64,000 bases of DNA. Origin: Trypanosoma brucei. Its lineage: Eukaryota. The translations under genes and the position numbers were made by a program. The DNA lies in NCBI GenBank assembly GCA_000002445.1, contig CP000070.1, forward strand, positions 1,568,001 through 1,632,000. Reading direction: 5' to 3'. Below are positions 1 to 11,403 of this stretch, piece by piece. Numbering within the stretch: position 1 is the stretch's first letter; each line of letters opens with the position of its first letter. The notes under the pieces were generated by a model that had not been told where the DNA came from, ran no database searches, and saw only the letters and a program-made list of their open reading frames with translations.

Positions 1-710
1 TGCAGATGTTTTCCTCTTTTTTTGCTGTTTCCATTACACTTCACCATCACCTCCCTTTTTCCCACATCTTCTTTAAGTTATTGCCTTCACTTTTACCCTA
101 CACCCCGATGTTTTGGTTGTTGTTTAAAAAAAAAATTAAAGTGTCTCCAAAAATAAAAAAAATTGTATTTCTCTTCTTCACTTCTCCTCTTTTTTTTCTT
201 TTTAAAATTACGCGCTTCTATTCTCACTGTCTGCTCGTCATTTTACCTTTTGCCCTGTTGTTCCCTCATTCATTATTATTATTACTGTTACTATTGCCAT
301 AAGGCCCCAAAAAAAAATTGTGAGAGTAATTAACAAAAGGGGTAGTGGGAAACCTGCATTAGTGCCGAAGTCGTGTTATTATTTTTTTTTTAATTGAAAA
401 AAAAAGAGTAGCAAACAAGCAAAACAAATATTTGTATCATATATATATATATTATTTATTTACATATAAGGGATAGAAAGAAGTAATTGCTTGGCTGGGG
501 TTTGTGCTCCTTGAAGAAATTCATACAGCCACCATTTTCAAAGAGCCATAAAGTATTCCTTTACAAGCTAATAGAAATACCATAGAACGAGAAAGGAGGA
601 AAAAAAGAAACACGCGAGATAAACTTTAGTTGCACGGTGTCAAATACAAGTGGCAAAAAGGGAAAAGAGAAAAAGAAAAAAGAAAATAGGCAGATATTTT
701 TATTAAACAA

Positions 711-711
<1 letters not shown>

Positions 712-745
<34 letters not shown>
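712..745. repeat. (TA)n microsatellite
   Basis: Direct read: uninterrupted TA dinucleotide run inside a T/A-rich non-coding stretch (1-760). Confidence 0.9.
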
Positions 746-746
<1 letters not shown>

Positions 747-769
747 CATTTACGTATTTTGGATACCAG

Positions 770-1432
770 ATGGGCACACACATTATAGCGTATGACAGTG
801 ATGAAGAATTCACTCCCATTAATGTGTTGAGGAAAAGAAGAGCTGCTGCAGCCAAAGCAGCGGCTCTGGTGGCCAGACAAAACCGAAAGGCCACAGCAAA
901 GGCACGGCAGAAGATTAGAGAACGCCTGGCGCAACTTGGTGGTGTATATGAAGAACTTTGCAATGGATTACTACCAACTCTCCTCCACCCGCCAACGGGC
1001 GCAGGACCGGTAATTGGCTGCAGTAAACCACTGCCACGCAGGCACACCGATGATGAAAACGAAACGGCATTGGTTATTAATTCAGTGAAGGAGCCGTGTG
1101 AAAATGAGATACCTTCAATAACGAGTGGCCCTACAACTCCATTTGCCGGTGCTGCCGCGGCAACACTTCAGTTATCACCCGCAGAGCAAATGGCAGCAAC
1201 GATGTTAGCGATGGAAGCGGAAGGCGTCATGCCGGGAGGTGGTGGCGTCGCCGCGGTATTATTTTCCCCAAGTGAAATGTACGGTGATGTGGCGTATGGC
1301 GATGATGTGGAAATGGATGTTGGGGAGTCGGAATGTGGGCGTCCATTGGCAGCAGGGGCGGCGTTGCGGCAGTACAGTGAGAGGACACGTAATCGGATAG
1401 TACAATCCGGTAGCGATATGTTTCCGTGGTAG
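770..1432 (+). CDS. hypothetical protein (220 aa) with basic Ala/Lys/Arg-rich N-terminal segment
   Basis: ATG-initiated ORF. No motif I recognise. First gene of the + strand unit. Confidence 0.4.
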   Translation: MGTHIIAYDSDEEFTPINVLRKRRAAAAKAAALVARQNRKATAKARQKIRERLAQLGGVYEELCNGLLPTLLHPPTGAGPVIGCSKPLPRRHTDDENETALVINSVKEPCENEIPSITSGPTTPFAGAAAATLQLSPAEQMAATMLAMEAEGVMPGGGGVAAVLFSPSEMYGDVAYGDDVEMDVGESECGRPLAAGAALRQYSERTRNRIVQSGSDMFPW

Positions 1433-2258
1433 TTGCCGCTTATTTATTTGTTTATAATATTAGTTGCTGTCGTTGGTGGTGGTGCCTTCGCATTTTTTCT
1501 TGTTACTTCTTTTAGTGTGTCACCGAATAGCTGCTATATTTCAAGCATTTTTATGCTATTTGCGCGTGCTTCCTATTCAGTGTTTCATTATTATTATTAT
1601 TTCCTGATGAATGTTTTCCCATTTTCTTCCTTTTTAATCTTCTGTGCGTGTTCGACCGACACTCCCTTTTGATCTGTACCTATATTTCTCCTTGGTGGTG
1701 TCATCTACTTTCACTATTTGAAACTGCTGTCGTTTTTGTCCGTACCGAAAGCCAAATGTTCGGTGTTTTTCCCGTTGTAAATCTCATATGATTTCACCTC
1801 TTATTCTTCACGACATTTTACCTCCCACCTCTCCTCTTTTGTTCGTACACATCTTTATCAATAGTCACACAAGCATACAAGAAATTTTATAAATTTGTAT
1901 GCGAAGGTAACCATGGTGACGGGAATACGTATGCCGCAAACTCCGTACAATGTGCGTTGTTGTGCTTGTTAATATTGTGATTTATTATTATACCGTGAAC
2001 CGCTACTTCTTTTCTTCTTTGGGCAGCATGTTACTAACTCGTATTCTGCTTCTGTTTGTTTGCTCAGTTGGTTTGCTGCTGTCATATCTGCCGTCCTTAT
2101 ACTTGCATTTTCTTGCTTTCCTGACTTTAAAAAACACCGTTATACGAACCGACTGGATGAAAGGCACCTAAAGGTTGAATCGCCTGCCCACGGTCAGCAT
2201 TAAATTTGTTATTGAAGAGAAGTTACGTTGTTATTATTGTTATTGGCATAAAATCTGC

Positions 2259-3029
2259 ATGTTGGCGCTTCGTGCTGCCCTTGAGGCCAATAGCGGTCAG
2301 TTGTGTGGTGACAGTATTGTGCGAGCCTTATGCCAACTGACGGTACGTGACCTTGGGCAATACATATCGGCAGTACCTCCTTTTCCGCAGGAGGGCGGTA
2401 GTTCCACCGCACCATCATCTGTTGTGACCGCCTTTTCCCTTCACGACCTCCTTCATTTCCCCGGCCCCACGATTTGGAACAGTAGTTCCTTGGGTAAACG
2501 TCGTGTTGGTTGCGCTACCCTTTACGAAACGGATAGCGTTCACGTTAGTTGGTTTCTCATGTCCCCTGGAAGCATGTTGCCACTTCATGATCACTGTTTA
2601 ATGGTTGTTTGGCAGCGCATGCTGTTCGGTAGTATTCGTGTTACGTCAATGGACTGGAGGGAAAAACCTCTAAGTGCCGAAGACGCCATACGGAAGCAGC
2701 GTGAAGGTGGTGAAGCGGCTATTGTTTCTTCTTCTGTTGTTACTGCGCAGCGTGAACCCTGCGACCCTTCTTCAGTGACGTCTTTCGGGCCAACAGAGGG
2801 CGGTGTGCTGCATGAAATAGTGAATGAAAGTGACGGACCTGCACTTTTCTTGGACGTCATAGCACCTCCGTATCATAGCCCGCCAGATTTTTTCGACTGC
2901 GGCTACTATAAGGCATCCTTTAGCCACAGCGAAGTTGCCGGGGGGGTTGCTCACTTGACGCCGTGTGCTTATGATTGTCCACCAATGGTCGAGTTTTTTC
3001 CGTTAGAGTCCCTGCGGCACGGAGCATAA
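2259..3029 (+). CDS. putative thiol dioxygenase of the ADO/PCO (DUF1637, cupin) family
   Basis: The ORF track starts at a TTG (2175). The first in-frame ATG is at 2259. Motif LPLHDHCLMVVWQRMLFGSIRVTSMDW resembles the cupin His motif of 2-aminoethanethiol dioxygenase/plant cysteine oxidases (…IHDHPGM…LYG…DW). Confidence 0.5.
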   Translation: MLALRAALEANSGQLCGDSIVRALCQLTVRDLGQYISAVPPFPQEGGSSTAPSSVVTAFSLHDLLHFPGPTIWNSSSLGKRRVGCATLYETDSVHVSWFLMSPGSMLPLHDHCLMVVWQRMLFGSIRVTSMDWREKPLSAEDAIRKQREGGEAAIVSSSVVTAQREPCDPSSVTSFGPTEGGVLHEIVNESDGPALFLDVIAPPYHSPPDFFDCGYYKASFSHSEVAGGVAHLTPCAYDCPPMVEFFPLESLRHGA

Positions 3030-3528
3030 ATGGCACCTGCAGGTGTGTGTTCGCAGCTACATTCCAATCCCGGAAGGAGGTTGAGAAGGATGGTGTTGTG
3101 ACACAAAAGGGACAGCACCAAAAAGACAACGCACGTGGAGACAAATTTCTAACCTGCACAGGTGGGTGTTGATGGTTTACGGTTAAGTTGCATAGTGGTG
3201 GTTCGGGGGGGGTGGGTCTGTTTTTCAGACCCAAGTGAGTGGTGAAAAGGACTGGGAGGCGCACAAAAGTTGCGAGTAACAAGGAGATACGTCAATCAGT
3301 TACTTTGATGAGTGTAGCGCTATATGTTTTTTTTTGTTGTTAACATGTTAACAAAAGCATTATAAGAAGCTCTTTCTCCGGTGTATCGGACTGTGACTGC
3401 TAACCTGGCAGTTAATCTCTCACTCTTGTTGTTCATGCCTTGTAGTCGGTACAAAGATACATTTATACACACGTAAGGGTATTAGCCAGGAAAGGAAAAG
3501 ATAGTAAAACATCAGGTATACACCGATA

Positions 3529-5076
3529 ATGAATGGTCGTACACGGGTATTGTTTACTGCCGGGGTGCCAACACCTCCCAACTGTGCGCACAACGTTGTT
3601 ATTTCCGGTGGAGGAATTGTAGGAGCCGCCGCAATGGCTGCACTTCAGAAACTCAGAGCGCGTTTTCTCGCAGAAAGTGTCGGAGCTGAAGGTTCCGTTT
3701 CACATAATGTGCACTCGAGGTGTTTGTCTCGACTCCTCCTTGCGGATCCCATGGCACGACCGCATTACGACGCGGCGAATATCATGCATAACCTACGCAC
3801 TGTCAGTCTCACACCGGTATCGAGCAAGTTGTTGGATAACCTCGGCTCCTGGAAACGATTGCAAACGAAGCATGCCTATTATCGTATTGCCCTTCGGCAC
3901 GAGCGCACGAATGGGCCAGTCGCTCCGGACCAATCCTCACAAGAGAAGTCCAGAAATTTTTTTGTGAATGGCCCTTTGGGTAACGGCACATCCACGGCGG
4001 AGCCGCTGCTCGAGTTCACGAACTTAGACAGCCCACTTGGGTTCATTTGTTACAATTCAGACATTAACACCACACTGCTGGATGTTGTCGAGGAACAAAT
4101 GAAACAATATCAACAACCTTTGGGAAGTGACGGGTGTGGAGTTCAGGAGCAACCCACCGATTGCATTGAATTCGGCTCATCCTTGGGATCATATTCGCTT
4201 CCTCATCGTAATATCGTCGATGGTCCTGCAGGTCGGGCAATTCTGCGGAAGTCAGTGGGTGATCAGCCGGTTGAGTTTTCGCTGCTACTTGGCTGTGAAG
4301 GGCGTGGCGGTCACCTGCGCGAATCTCTCGGTTCAGCACTGGTGCAGCACGACTACGCGCAAACCGCCTTTGTTTGTACAGTTCAGTTGAAGCGGCCCGC
4401 GGATGGCAACGTTTGTTGCTTTCAAAACTTCTTCACGAATGGTGACATCATTGCGTTGTTACCAACGTCTGAAGACACTTCTAATATTGTCTTCTCCACA
4501 ACGGCCGAGCATGCCCGCGAGCTAGCCGCTGCGAAGCAATCGGAACTTGTAGAAGAACTTAACCGATGCCTTCATGCATTTGCCCCACGCGACATCCCGC
4601 TTATCATCAGTGTCCCGGAAGTTGAACTGGGCGGCAAGACAGTACGCGCGCAGGGAATGTTTCCGGTAAGACTCAGCGTTGCTCTTCAACCCTTCGGCCC
4701 CCGTTGCCTTCTCCTCGGTGATGCCGCGCATGGGATTCATCCTTTTGCCGGACAAGGATTAAATTTGGGACTCTACGATGTCTGCGCACTGGTGGAAGTG
4801 CTGGAACGGGCGGTAAGAAGTGGCCAAGATATTGGTAGTGTCATCGCCGTGGGGCAACCATTTGCCGCTGCAATGATGTCCCACACTGGGATCATGATTA
4901 CGGCAATGGAGAGTGTATTTGGGCTTCTCGCCACAATGCCTGGTTTGAGTTGTACTGGGATGAGTGTGTTGCAGAAGCTGCCACTGGTATCGTCATTGGG
5001 TAAACAATCTATCATTCATGTGGCATCAGGTGGCTTTTTCGCATCGCACCACCGGGAGTCATTTCTCCTTGCATAA
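3529..5076 (+). CDS. COQ6: FAD-dependent monooxygenase, UbiH/COQ6 family (ubiquinone biosynthesis monooxygenase-like)
   Basis: N-terminal dinucleotide-binding motif VVISGGGIVGAAAMAAL. Signature LLGDAAHGIHPFAGQGLNLGLYDV matches the GDAAH..HP.AGQG.N.G.D fingerprint of UbiH/UbiF/Coq6 hydroxylases. Confidence 0.6.
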   Translation: MNGRTRVLFTAGVPTPPNCAHNVVISGGGIVGAAAMAALQKLRARFLAESVGAEGSVSHNVHSRCLSRLLLADPMARPHYDAANIMHNLRTVSLTPVSSKLLDNLGSWKRLQTKHAYYRIALRHERTNGPVAPDQSSQEKSRNFFVNGPLGNGTSTAEPLLEFTNLDSPLGFICYNSDINTTLLDVVEEQMKQYQQPLGSDGCGVQEQPTDCIEFGSSLGSYSLPHRNIVDGPAGRAILRKSVGDQPVEFSLLLGCEGRGGHLRESLGSALVQHDYAQTAFVCTVQLKRPADGNVCCFQNFFTNGDIIALLPTSEDTSNIVFSTTAEHARELAAAKQSELVEELNRCLHAFAPRDIPLIISVPEVELGGKTVRAQGMFPVRLSVALQPFGPRCLLLGDAAHGIHPFAGQGLNLGLYDVCALVEVLERAVRSGQDIGSVIAVGQPFAAAMMSHTGIMITAMESVFGLLATMPGLSCTGMSVLQKLPLVSSLGKQSIIHVASGGFFASHHRESFLLA

Positions 5077-5657
5077 AGCGTGTGAGCAATATCCTCCTAC
5101 TTTTCCTCGCGTACACGCACCCCTGTGGTCTAATGAACTGAGGTGCATATATGTGTGCTGGAGAAAGTACATGATTGGTTTTCCGTTGGTGTTCTTGTTG
5201 TTTTTCGTTTTTGTCGTTGGCCACATAAATAGAGGATGTGACATTATGGCTTTCCTCTTGTTTTATTGGAAAGAAGAGTACATGGTTTATTCACCATAAA
5301 TTGTGCGTTTTCCAGTGCGCGCGCATACGTACTCATTCGCTCCCACCAGCTTTCTGACCGTTTGGGTCTTTTTTTCTTCTTCTATTTTTACTTTTCATCC
5401 GCTTGCAACTGACACGTATCGACGGTGTCCTCTTTATATGATTTATTTCCCCCTCTTCACTTTTTTTCATCTCTGTTTAACACGCGCATACACGCCTCCG
5501 TGTAATTTCATTCACGTAAAACTGCTGTAAGAAGGGGTGGCGAGCCAGTTCATTTATCGTGAAGTAGTGTGCTTTGTAGTTAGTACGGTTGCTTTTTTCA
5601 CTCTCGAGTTTATTCAAATTGTGCCTCATACATCATTGAACAACCGCTAAGTGCAAC

Positions 5658-5978
5658 ATGAAGCCCGCCACTATTCCACATGGCAAAAATGATGCGGAAG
5701 GGGCCGGGGCGAGGATGTACGAAGGAATGAATACACTTCAGAAGGAGGAGCTGAATGATTATTTAATCAGTCAAATGGGACCCGGAACTAAGTGGCATGA
5801 TGAAATGTCGGATGTTGTCAACACCATCATACGGCAAAGGTCTATCAATGGTGAGCCGCTTGACGTGCATGATGTATTGAGTGAAGCACTGCCGCACTGC
5901 CAACTTGCCATCTCGCATGAAGTACGGGATGGATTGTTTCGTCGTATCGCAGGAATGTGCACCACAACAGATGTTTGA
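5658..5978 (+). CDS. small hypothetical protein (106 aa)
   Basis: ATG ORF on the coding strand of the polycistron. No recognisable domain. Could be spurious. Confidence 0.25.
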   Translation: MKPATIPHGKNDAEGAGARMYEGMNTLQKEELNDYLISQMGPGTKWHDEMSDVVNTIIRQRSINGEPLDVHDVLSEALPHCQLAISHEVRDGLFRRIAGMCTTTDV

Positions 5979-6322
5979 GTGCACATGTTTGTTAGTTTGT
6001 TTGCTTTTGGAACTCTTGTGGAAACGGGCAAACTGTGGAGCGGCGACGCGAAACCGCTCTTTCGTCACAGCGGAGTTGCCAATACCACCGGCGATGTTTC
6101 TCTTCCTCCCTTTTTTTTTCTTCTTTGGCTTGTCCTCCCCTTTGCATGCAACACCTCCTTTGCTTTCCATATTATTCTGTGCGCAGCAAACTCGTCGTTG
6201 TTGTTGCTCTTCTTCACTTTGCTCGAGCAAAATGCTGAAATGAGTGAGTGTTGGACCTTATAGAAGGCAAAAAGAATGAAAGGGAAAAGCACCTTTCGTG
6301 CACGTACGCCCATGCACTGAAA

Positions 6323-6346
6323 TATATATATATATATATATATATT
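6323..6346. repeat. (TA)n microsatellite
   Basis: Direct read. Confidence 0.85.
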
Positions 6347-6647
6347 TACATGGTTGATCTATACCCCTTGAATGAATCGTTGGTAATGATTTTAATATAA
6401 TATCTGCCTGCCAAATTATTTCCTTTACTCAGTTTAACAAACGATAGGTGAAAGACACGAGGTTAATCTGCTGTTGTATCTGTGTTCGTCTGTGTTGGCC
6501 ATTGCTGTTGGCAGACCACATTCACGCACGCGGTTCATCTGCAGAACAAATAACACCACTATCTGTAAAACCAATAATAATAATAATAGTAATAGTAACA
6601 ATAATTATAATCACAATCCTTAGAGTAGAGTGACGTTGGTGGACACC

Positions 6648-7337
6648 ATGAGCAGTTCCAATGATATCGCCAGTAAGATTCGGGAGGCGAACCGCCGCCG
6701 CGCGGAGGAGGGCAGTCGGATTCGGCAGCTGCAGCAGGAGCGGCGTGAGGAAATGTTGGAGCGCGAGGCGGAAAAGGCGGCCTCAAAACCATCCGGTTTT
6801 ATTCCATACATCATTATCTCGCTTATTTTCCTCAGTTTCCCCTTATCAGAGCCCATTGTGGACTGGGTGCTTGTCGCCTGCTTTGCTCTTCTGAACGGTG
6901 CGTGGGTTTTGTTCTTCCGCTCAGCCTCGTGGGTGAATTGGGGCACACTCGCCTTATGTGACTTCTCACTTATCCGAATTTCACATGTGATTCCACACAT
7001 TCCGCGCCTCATCAAAGAAACGCCGCCTCACGTTTTGGCTGCTTTCATTGGTGGAAACCTTGTTGCGATGGTGATATTATATTACGCATATGTGGTGCGG
7101 AGGCTGCCGTGGAAAACAGAAGTCGGTTCAAAAAAACCCAAACGTGTGAAGCGATCGGACGGGGAGGAGGTCGAAACATTGGAGGAGTTTGCCCGTCGCC
7201 GCGAGCGGGCGAATCGCATTGACAATATGTTCTCCGGCCTAATTGTTGCCAATGTGGTGGTTCTTGTGCTGGTTGGTGCCATCCCATTCCGAACTGTCTT
7301 TGACGCGGTCAGGCAAATCATTGGATTCTTCCATTGA
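6648..7337 (+). CDS. hypothetical membrane protein (coiled/charged N-terminus, ≥3 predicted TM helices)
   Basis: The track start 6630 is a GTG. The first ATG is at 6648 (MSSSNDIASK…). Hydrophobic segments IPYIIISLIFLSF, WVLVACFALLNGAWVLFF, VVVLVLVGAIPF. Confidence 0.45.
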   Translation: MSSSNDIASKIREANRRRAEEGSRIRQLQQERREEMLEREAEKAASKPSGFIPYIIISLIFLSFPLSEPIVDWVLVACFALLNGAWVLFFRSASWVNWGTLALCDFSLIRISHVIPHIPRLIKETPPHVLAAFIGGNLVAMVILYYAYVVRRLPWKTEVGSKKPKRVKRSDGEEVETLEEFARRRERANRIDNMFSGLIVANVVVLVLVGAIPFRTVFDAVRQIIGFFH

Positions 7338-7412
7338 GAAGGGCAAAGGAAAGAAGGAGGGGTTTCTTTTCTTTCTTTTTTCCCCCTCTTTGGGAAGCAG
7401 CACTGCATACAA

Positions 7413-7445
<33 letters not shown>

Positions 7446-7446
7446 C
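7413..7446. repeat. (AT)n(GT)n compound microsatellite
   Basis: Direct read, immediately 3' of the previous CDS. Confidence 0.85.
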
Positions 7447-8639
7447 AATAGAGTGTGTGTTTGCTGTGTTGCTTGGTTCGTATCTTAACCAAAGGGTCTC
7501 ACCAGGTAGCGAGTGGCCCTTTTTTTATTTTTAGTGTTTTGTTGTATTTTGATGGACAGAGGATGAATTTTCACTTTTCTAAAAAGGCTATCCACGTCAA
7601 CCTTCTGAGTGTGTTGTTACTGGATTTCCGCTCCTTGTCTTTGTATTTTTTTTTCTCTTGTTACATCTTTCGAAAACGAGAGAGTGAAAATTAAAGTGGA
7701 CAAGCTCATGAAGGAGTGATGGAAAAGAACCGTGGAGGTATCGTGAGGCGATTGAATTAAGGGTGAGTGATTACGTAATTGTGTTTTCATTCTTTTCTTT
7801 TTTAGGTTCAACAATTTTAATTAGCACCGCCACGACTATTATTATTATTATTACCATCATTATTTATCTTTTTTCCCCCTCGTCTAAAAAAATTCCTCTT
7901 CATCCAGTAGTATGTATACCGTCGGCTGTAACACAAATGTGAGCGGAGGGGCTGTAAACAAAAGGGAAAAAGAAGAGACAGAGAGGATGGAAAAGGAGGA
8001 AGAGAAGGGAATTTTGTTCGTTTGTTTGAGCTGCATGTCACCCTGTGGTACCACTCCCTTACTTTCTCACACGAAAACACAAAAAAAAATAATAATTAAT
8101 ATGTCCCTTTTTTGCATCACGTCATGTCGTTCCCACTTCATTTTTTTTGTCTCGTGGTGAGACATCCCGCTCATATGTGTGCCGGCTACTCAAAGATTTC
8201 TTACTCTGGTTTCAATTTGTCTTTTCTCCCTTCTTTTCCCTTATTATGTAGTTATTATTATTATTATTTTTTTGCTATTTCCTCCCTCCACTGCCTCCCT
8301 GACACCTCTTCCTACAGAAGGGAAAATAGTGTACCCAGTGTAGGAACTTATTGAAATAAAAGTCAAAAAGTGAAATAGAAAAATAAAAAAAAGGGATATT
8401 CTTTCTTATTCTTAGATTTGTGGTTCACGTGACCAAAGCACAAGGCTTTTGCTTTAAATATTTATTTCTTTCCCTTTTTCTTTCCCTCCCTTCTATTTAT
8501 TCCCATTGTCTCCCTTTGTGTGCGTGTGTATTGGTGTCGGTGCTGGTGGTAGGTCACAATAAACGAATAAATAAATACTTTAGGTAAATATAAATATTAT
8601 ATATATTTATATCAGTTCGTATATTTCTCCGCTGGTGTC

Positions 8640-10514
8640 ATGTTGCGTACATCCCGCGGCGGTAAAAATGGCAGGAGGTCCGCAAAGTTAGAGGAAATTG
8701 CCGCCGAGCGCATTGATGCCATCACAGCCGAGCCTCTTCACCCGTCGAAGTATGTTGAAATTTTGAGTCCGGACGGGTTTCTGCGTTTGTTTTACAATAC
8801 GTCGACGCTCATTCGCATAGCTATGGAAAAGGGGATGTTTATGCAGCCGCCGCACTTTCGTGAGCCCATGTGCTCCGAATTGCAGCGGAAGGTGGAGGAA
8901 GTAGAGGGCCGTACATTTAGGTTTGAGGCCAGAAATAGCACTATTTTTGGCAGAGGAAGTGGGGGTGGTACCACCATCCAACATAGACACGTTTATTTTG
9001 AACAAATCATGGATCAGTTTTATTTACTCAACCCGGCGGAGTTGTATGTCTGCCCCACGTGTTATCTTCACTGGTTATCCACGCGATACATTCCTAATGC
9101 GATAGACAACGGCTTGGAGGTTGAATACATGGAGGGTAACCCAAACCCTCTCATTGATCCGTTAGACGTCTTTGAGCAAATGCAGAGGGCCGTCGTGCCC
9201 GTATCATCCGATGCAACTAATGAAAGTGGCAGTCATGGAGCACAAGGCGACGGCGAACGGTGTAAAGGTCAGAAGGGCGCAGAGCCGGTGTCAAGAATAC
9301 ACCAGAGTCGTGACATCGAGTGGGACACACCCCTTTCGTATATTGTGTTTCGCCGCGCCATTCACTGGAAACAGCATGTCCGAAACATCCACAACGCGGC
9401 AGTCGTTACAGCTGAAGACTATCGCCTGAAGGAATTCATTTCTCAATACATTTCACATTATAATCATCTGCATGAGGAAAGGTATAAAAAGTCTGTTCAG
9501 GAGTTTGGGGATGCCGCCGTCGCCGTACCATCATTGACAGTCACGCGCTATTGGTACATCAATGCACGCTTTAACCGTCTGAGGTATAACCGAGTTGTCG
9601 AGGCTACAGAACGTGCTGAATTACATATATGTGAATGTGTGCAACGGACGTTGTTTGAGAACGAAGAAGTGATAAACACTTTTCCTTCCAATGATGTCGA
9701 TACATATGACGATTTCATCTGTAGTAGCGACACTGAAAGCGATGGTAGTGGTTATGGTGGGTTCCCCCGATACGAGGGTCCGAAGTACTCGAGTGATGAT
9801 GAAGAAGAGGAAGAGGAGACAAATAATAATAGTAGTAAGAAGCGAGGGAAGAAGAGTAAACCCCGGAAAAAGAGTGCCCCAAAACGTCAGCGCTCGGAAA
9901 AGAGTTCTAGGGGTTCTGACGGTGCAGAAACAGAGCTAGAGAAACGACGGCAGTTGTATAAACGAGGTTTGTTAGCTCCCTTGAAAGATGCATACAAAAC
10001 GCTCTCATACGAGGAGCGTCGTCTCCTGGACGTAGAATCACGCCGGGTTCACAAACCGGTAACAATTTATGTTCCCACAAGGGAACGGTACTCCGATAGT
10101 GATGATGATGATGATGGTGATGAAGGGGGCGAAGGAGGAGGGGATGGCGATGGGGATGACGAGGATGATAATGATGGCGGTGATTGGGAAGGGGATGACA
10201 ACAATCAGGGCATATGGGTTGTTACGGATGGCGAGGTAATTGATTGGGATGGTATTGGTGGGTGTATAGAAAACGCGGATGAATACGTTCGTGACATACA
10301 GAAGCGCAGTAATACAAATGGTGCCAGCAAATCGACAGCGGTGGGAGAAGCACAAGCAGAAAATGTCCAACCGAATGGTTTTCCGACTTTTTCAGGGGCT
10401 GAAGCTAACCGCAATGACTCCAACGCAACATCACCAGCCGCTGTAAAGGAATCCACAAAGGAAAAAGGAAGGGAGGAAAGAGGGCACAAGCTTTTGCTCG
10501 ACGATTCGGAATAA
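8640..10514 (+). CDS. hypothetical protein (624 aa) with Lys/Arg-rich NLS-like patch and long Asp/Gly/Glu acidic tract
   Basis: ATG ORF. KKRGKKSKPRKKSAPKRQR basic cluster. DSDDDDDGDEGGEGGGDGDGDDEDDNDGGDWEGDD acidic low-complexity run (nt ~10085-10200). No catalytic motif recognised. Confidence 0.5.
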   Translation: MLRTSRGGKNGRRSAKLEEIAAERIDAITAEPLHPSKYVEILSPDGFLRLFYNTSTLIRIAMEKGMFMQPPHFREPMCSELQRKVEEVEGRTFRFEARNSTIFGRGSGGGTTIQHRHVYFEQIMDQFYLLNPAELYVCPTCYLHWLSTRYIPNAIDNGLEVEYMEGNPNPLIDPLDVFEQMQRAVVPVSSDATNESGSHGAQGDGERCKGQKGAEPVSRIHQSRDIEWDTPLSYIVFRRAIHWKQHVRNIHNAAVVTAEDYRLKEFISQYISHYNHLHEERYKKSVQEFGDAAVAVPSLTVTRYWYINARFNRLRYNRVVEATERAELHICECVQRTLFENEEVINTFPSNDVDTYDDFICSSDTESDGSGYGGFPRYEGPKYSSDDEEEEEETNNNSSKKRGKKSKPRKKSAPKRQRSEKSSRGSDGAETELEKRRQLYKRGLLAPLKDAYKTLSYEERRLLDVESRRVHKPVTIYVPTRERYSDSDDDDDGDEGGEGGGDGDGDDEDDNDGGDWEGDDNNQGIWVVTDGEVIDWDGIGGCIENADEYVRDIQKRSNTNGASKSTAVGEAQAENVQPNGFPTFSGAEANRNDSNATSPAAVKESTKEKGREERGHKLLLDDSE

Positions 10515-11368
10515 TCAAACGTGAAAACATGTCTTGGATTTTGTGCCTGTGGTTTTTTTTTCCATTGGATGTAAGGTTTACTGCCACTGAGAAGGGTGAC
10601 ATGTCAAAGAAAATGGTATAAGGCAGTGGTGACGGCGGTGGGACAGATGGAGAGACCCGCGGATGAGCCGCAGTCTTTTTTGTTTTTTTTTTTCCTATGT
10701 GCTCATTTGATCCTTCTCACAAACCATAGAGTAAGGGAAACTTCAAAAAAGAAAAATAGCAGTAACCCGAACAGGCGCTTTATCAACGGTCCCCACGTCC
10801 TCTTGTTTTCTTCCCCGTATTATAATTTTCTGTGTTGTCGTTGTTGCTGTTTTTTTCTTTACGCCTTAGGAAAGAGAGTTATTTCAGAGACTGTTTGTGT
10901 TTTCTTTTGTTTATTTGCTGTTTCATTTTTTTTTTCTCACATCAACACGAACCTCCTTTTCATTCTTTGTGCGTGTTTCGTTGGTCTCAGTCACATTCAC
11001 GCAAGAAAAGGAGATATTATTTTCCTCAATTTAAAATATGGTTGTTTTATAGTCGTGTTCTTCTTCAATCACATGCTTACTCCACACAGAAGGCATGTGT
11101 TACCTCTTTATTTACTTTCCATTTTTTTCTTTTTTAAAAAACCATGCAAAATATTTACTTACGATGTTTGTTTGAAAATTGAAGTGAAAAAAAAAACAGG
11201 TGTTGTTTTCGTTGGTGGCGTTTGACTTCTGGCGATGCGTTCTCCCTTCCTTCACTATCGTTTTCGTTTTTGTCGCTGGATTGCGGGAAAATGTGAGAGG
11301 AATTTAAAAAAACAAAGAGCGAAATCCAACAGAACAAGATAATGCATTAGGTAACTTTTAACGTAGTT

Positions 11369-11403
11369 CTTTGTTTGTTTGTTTGTTTGTTTGTTTGTTT
11401 TTG
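11369..11403. repeat. (GTTT)n microsatellite followed by (GT)n
   Basis: Direct read in the 1.7-kb intergenic region. Confidence 0.85.

Noticed and set aside
6-302. 98-aa ORF at the window start
   Set aside because: Poly-T/poly-Leu-Phe low-complexity translation of T-rich intergenic DNA. Likely UTR.
2175-2258. N-terminal 28 codons of the ADO-like ORF, and similar track starts at 6630, 17291, 18960
   Set aside because: These track ORFs begin at TTG/GTG. Eukaryotic nuclear genes require ATG, so the starts were moved to the first in-frame ATG.
10596-11225. 209-aa + strand ORF in the long intergenic region
   Set aside because: Phe/Leu/Cys-rich low-complexity translation of poly-T tracts. Begins directly after the stop region of the previous gene. 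Probably 3'UTR.
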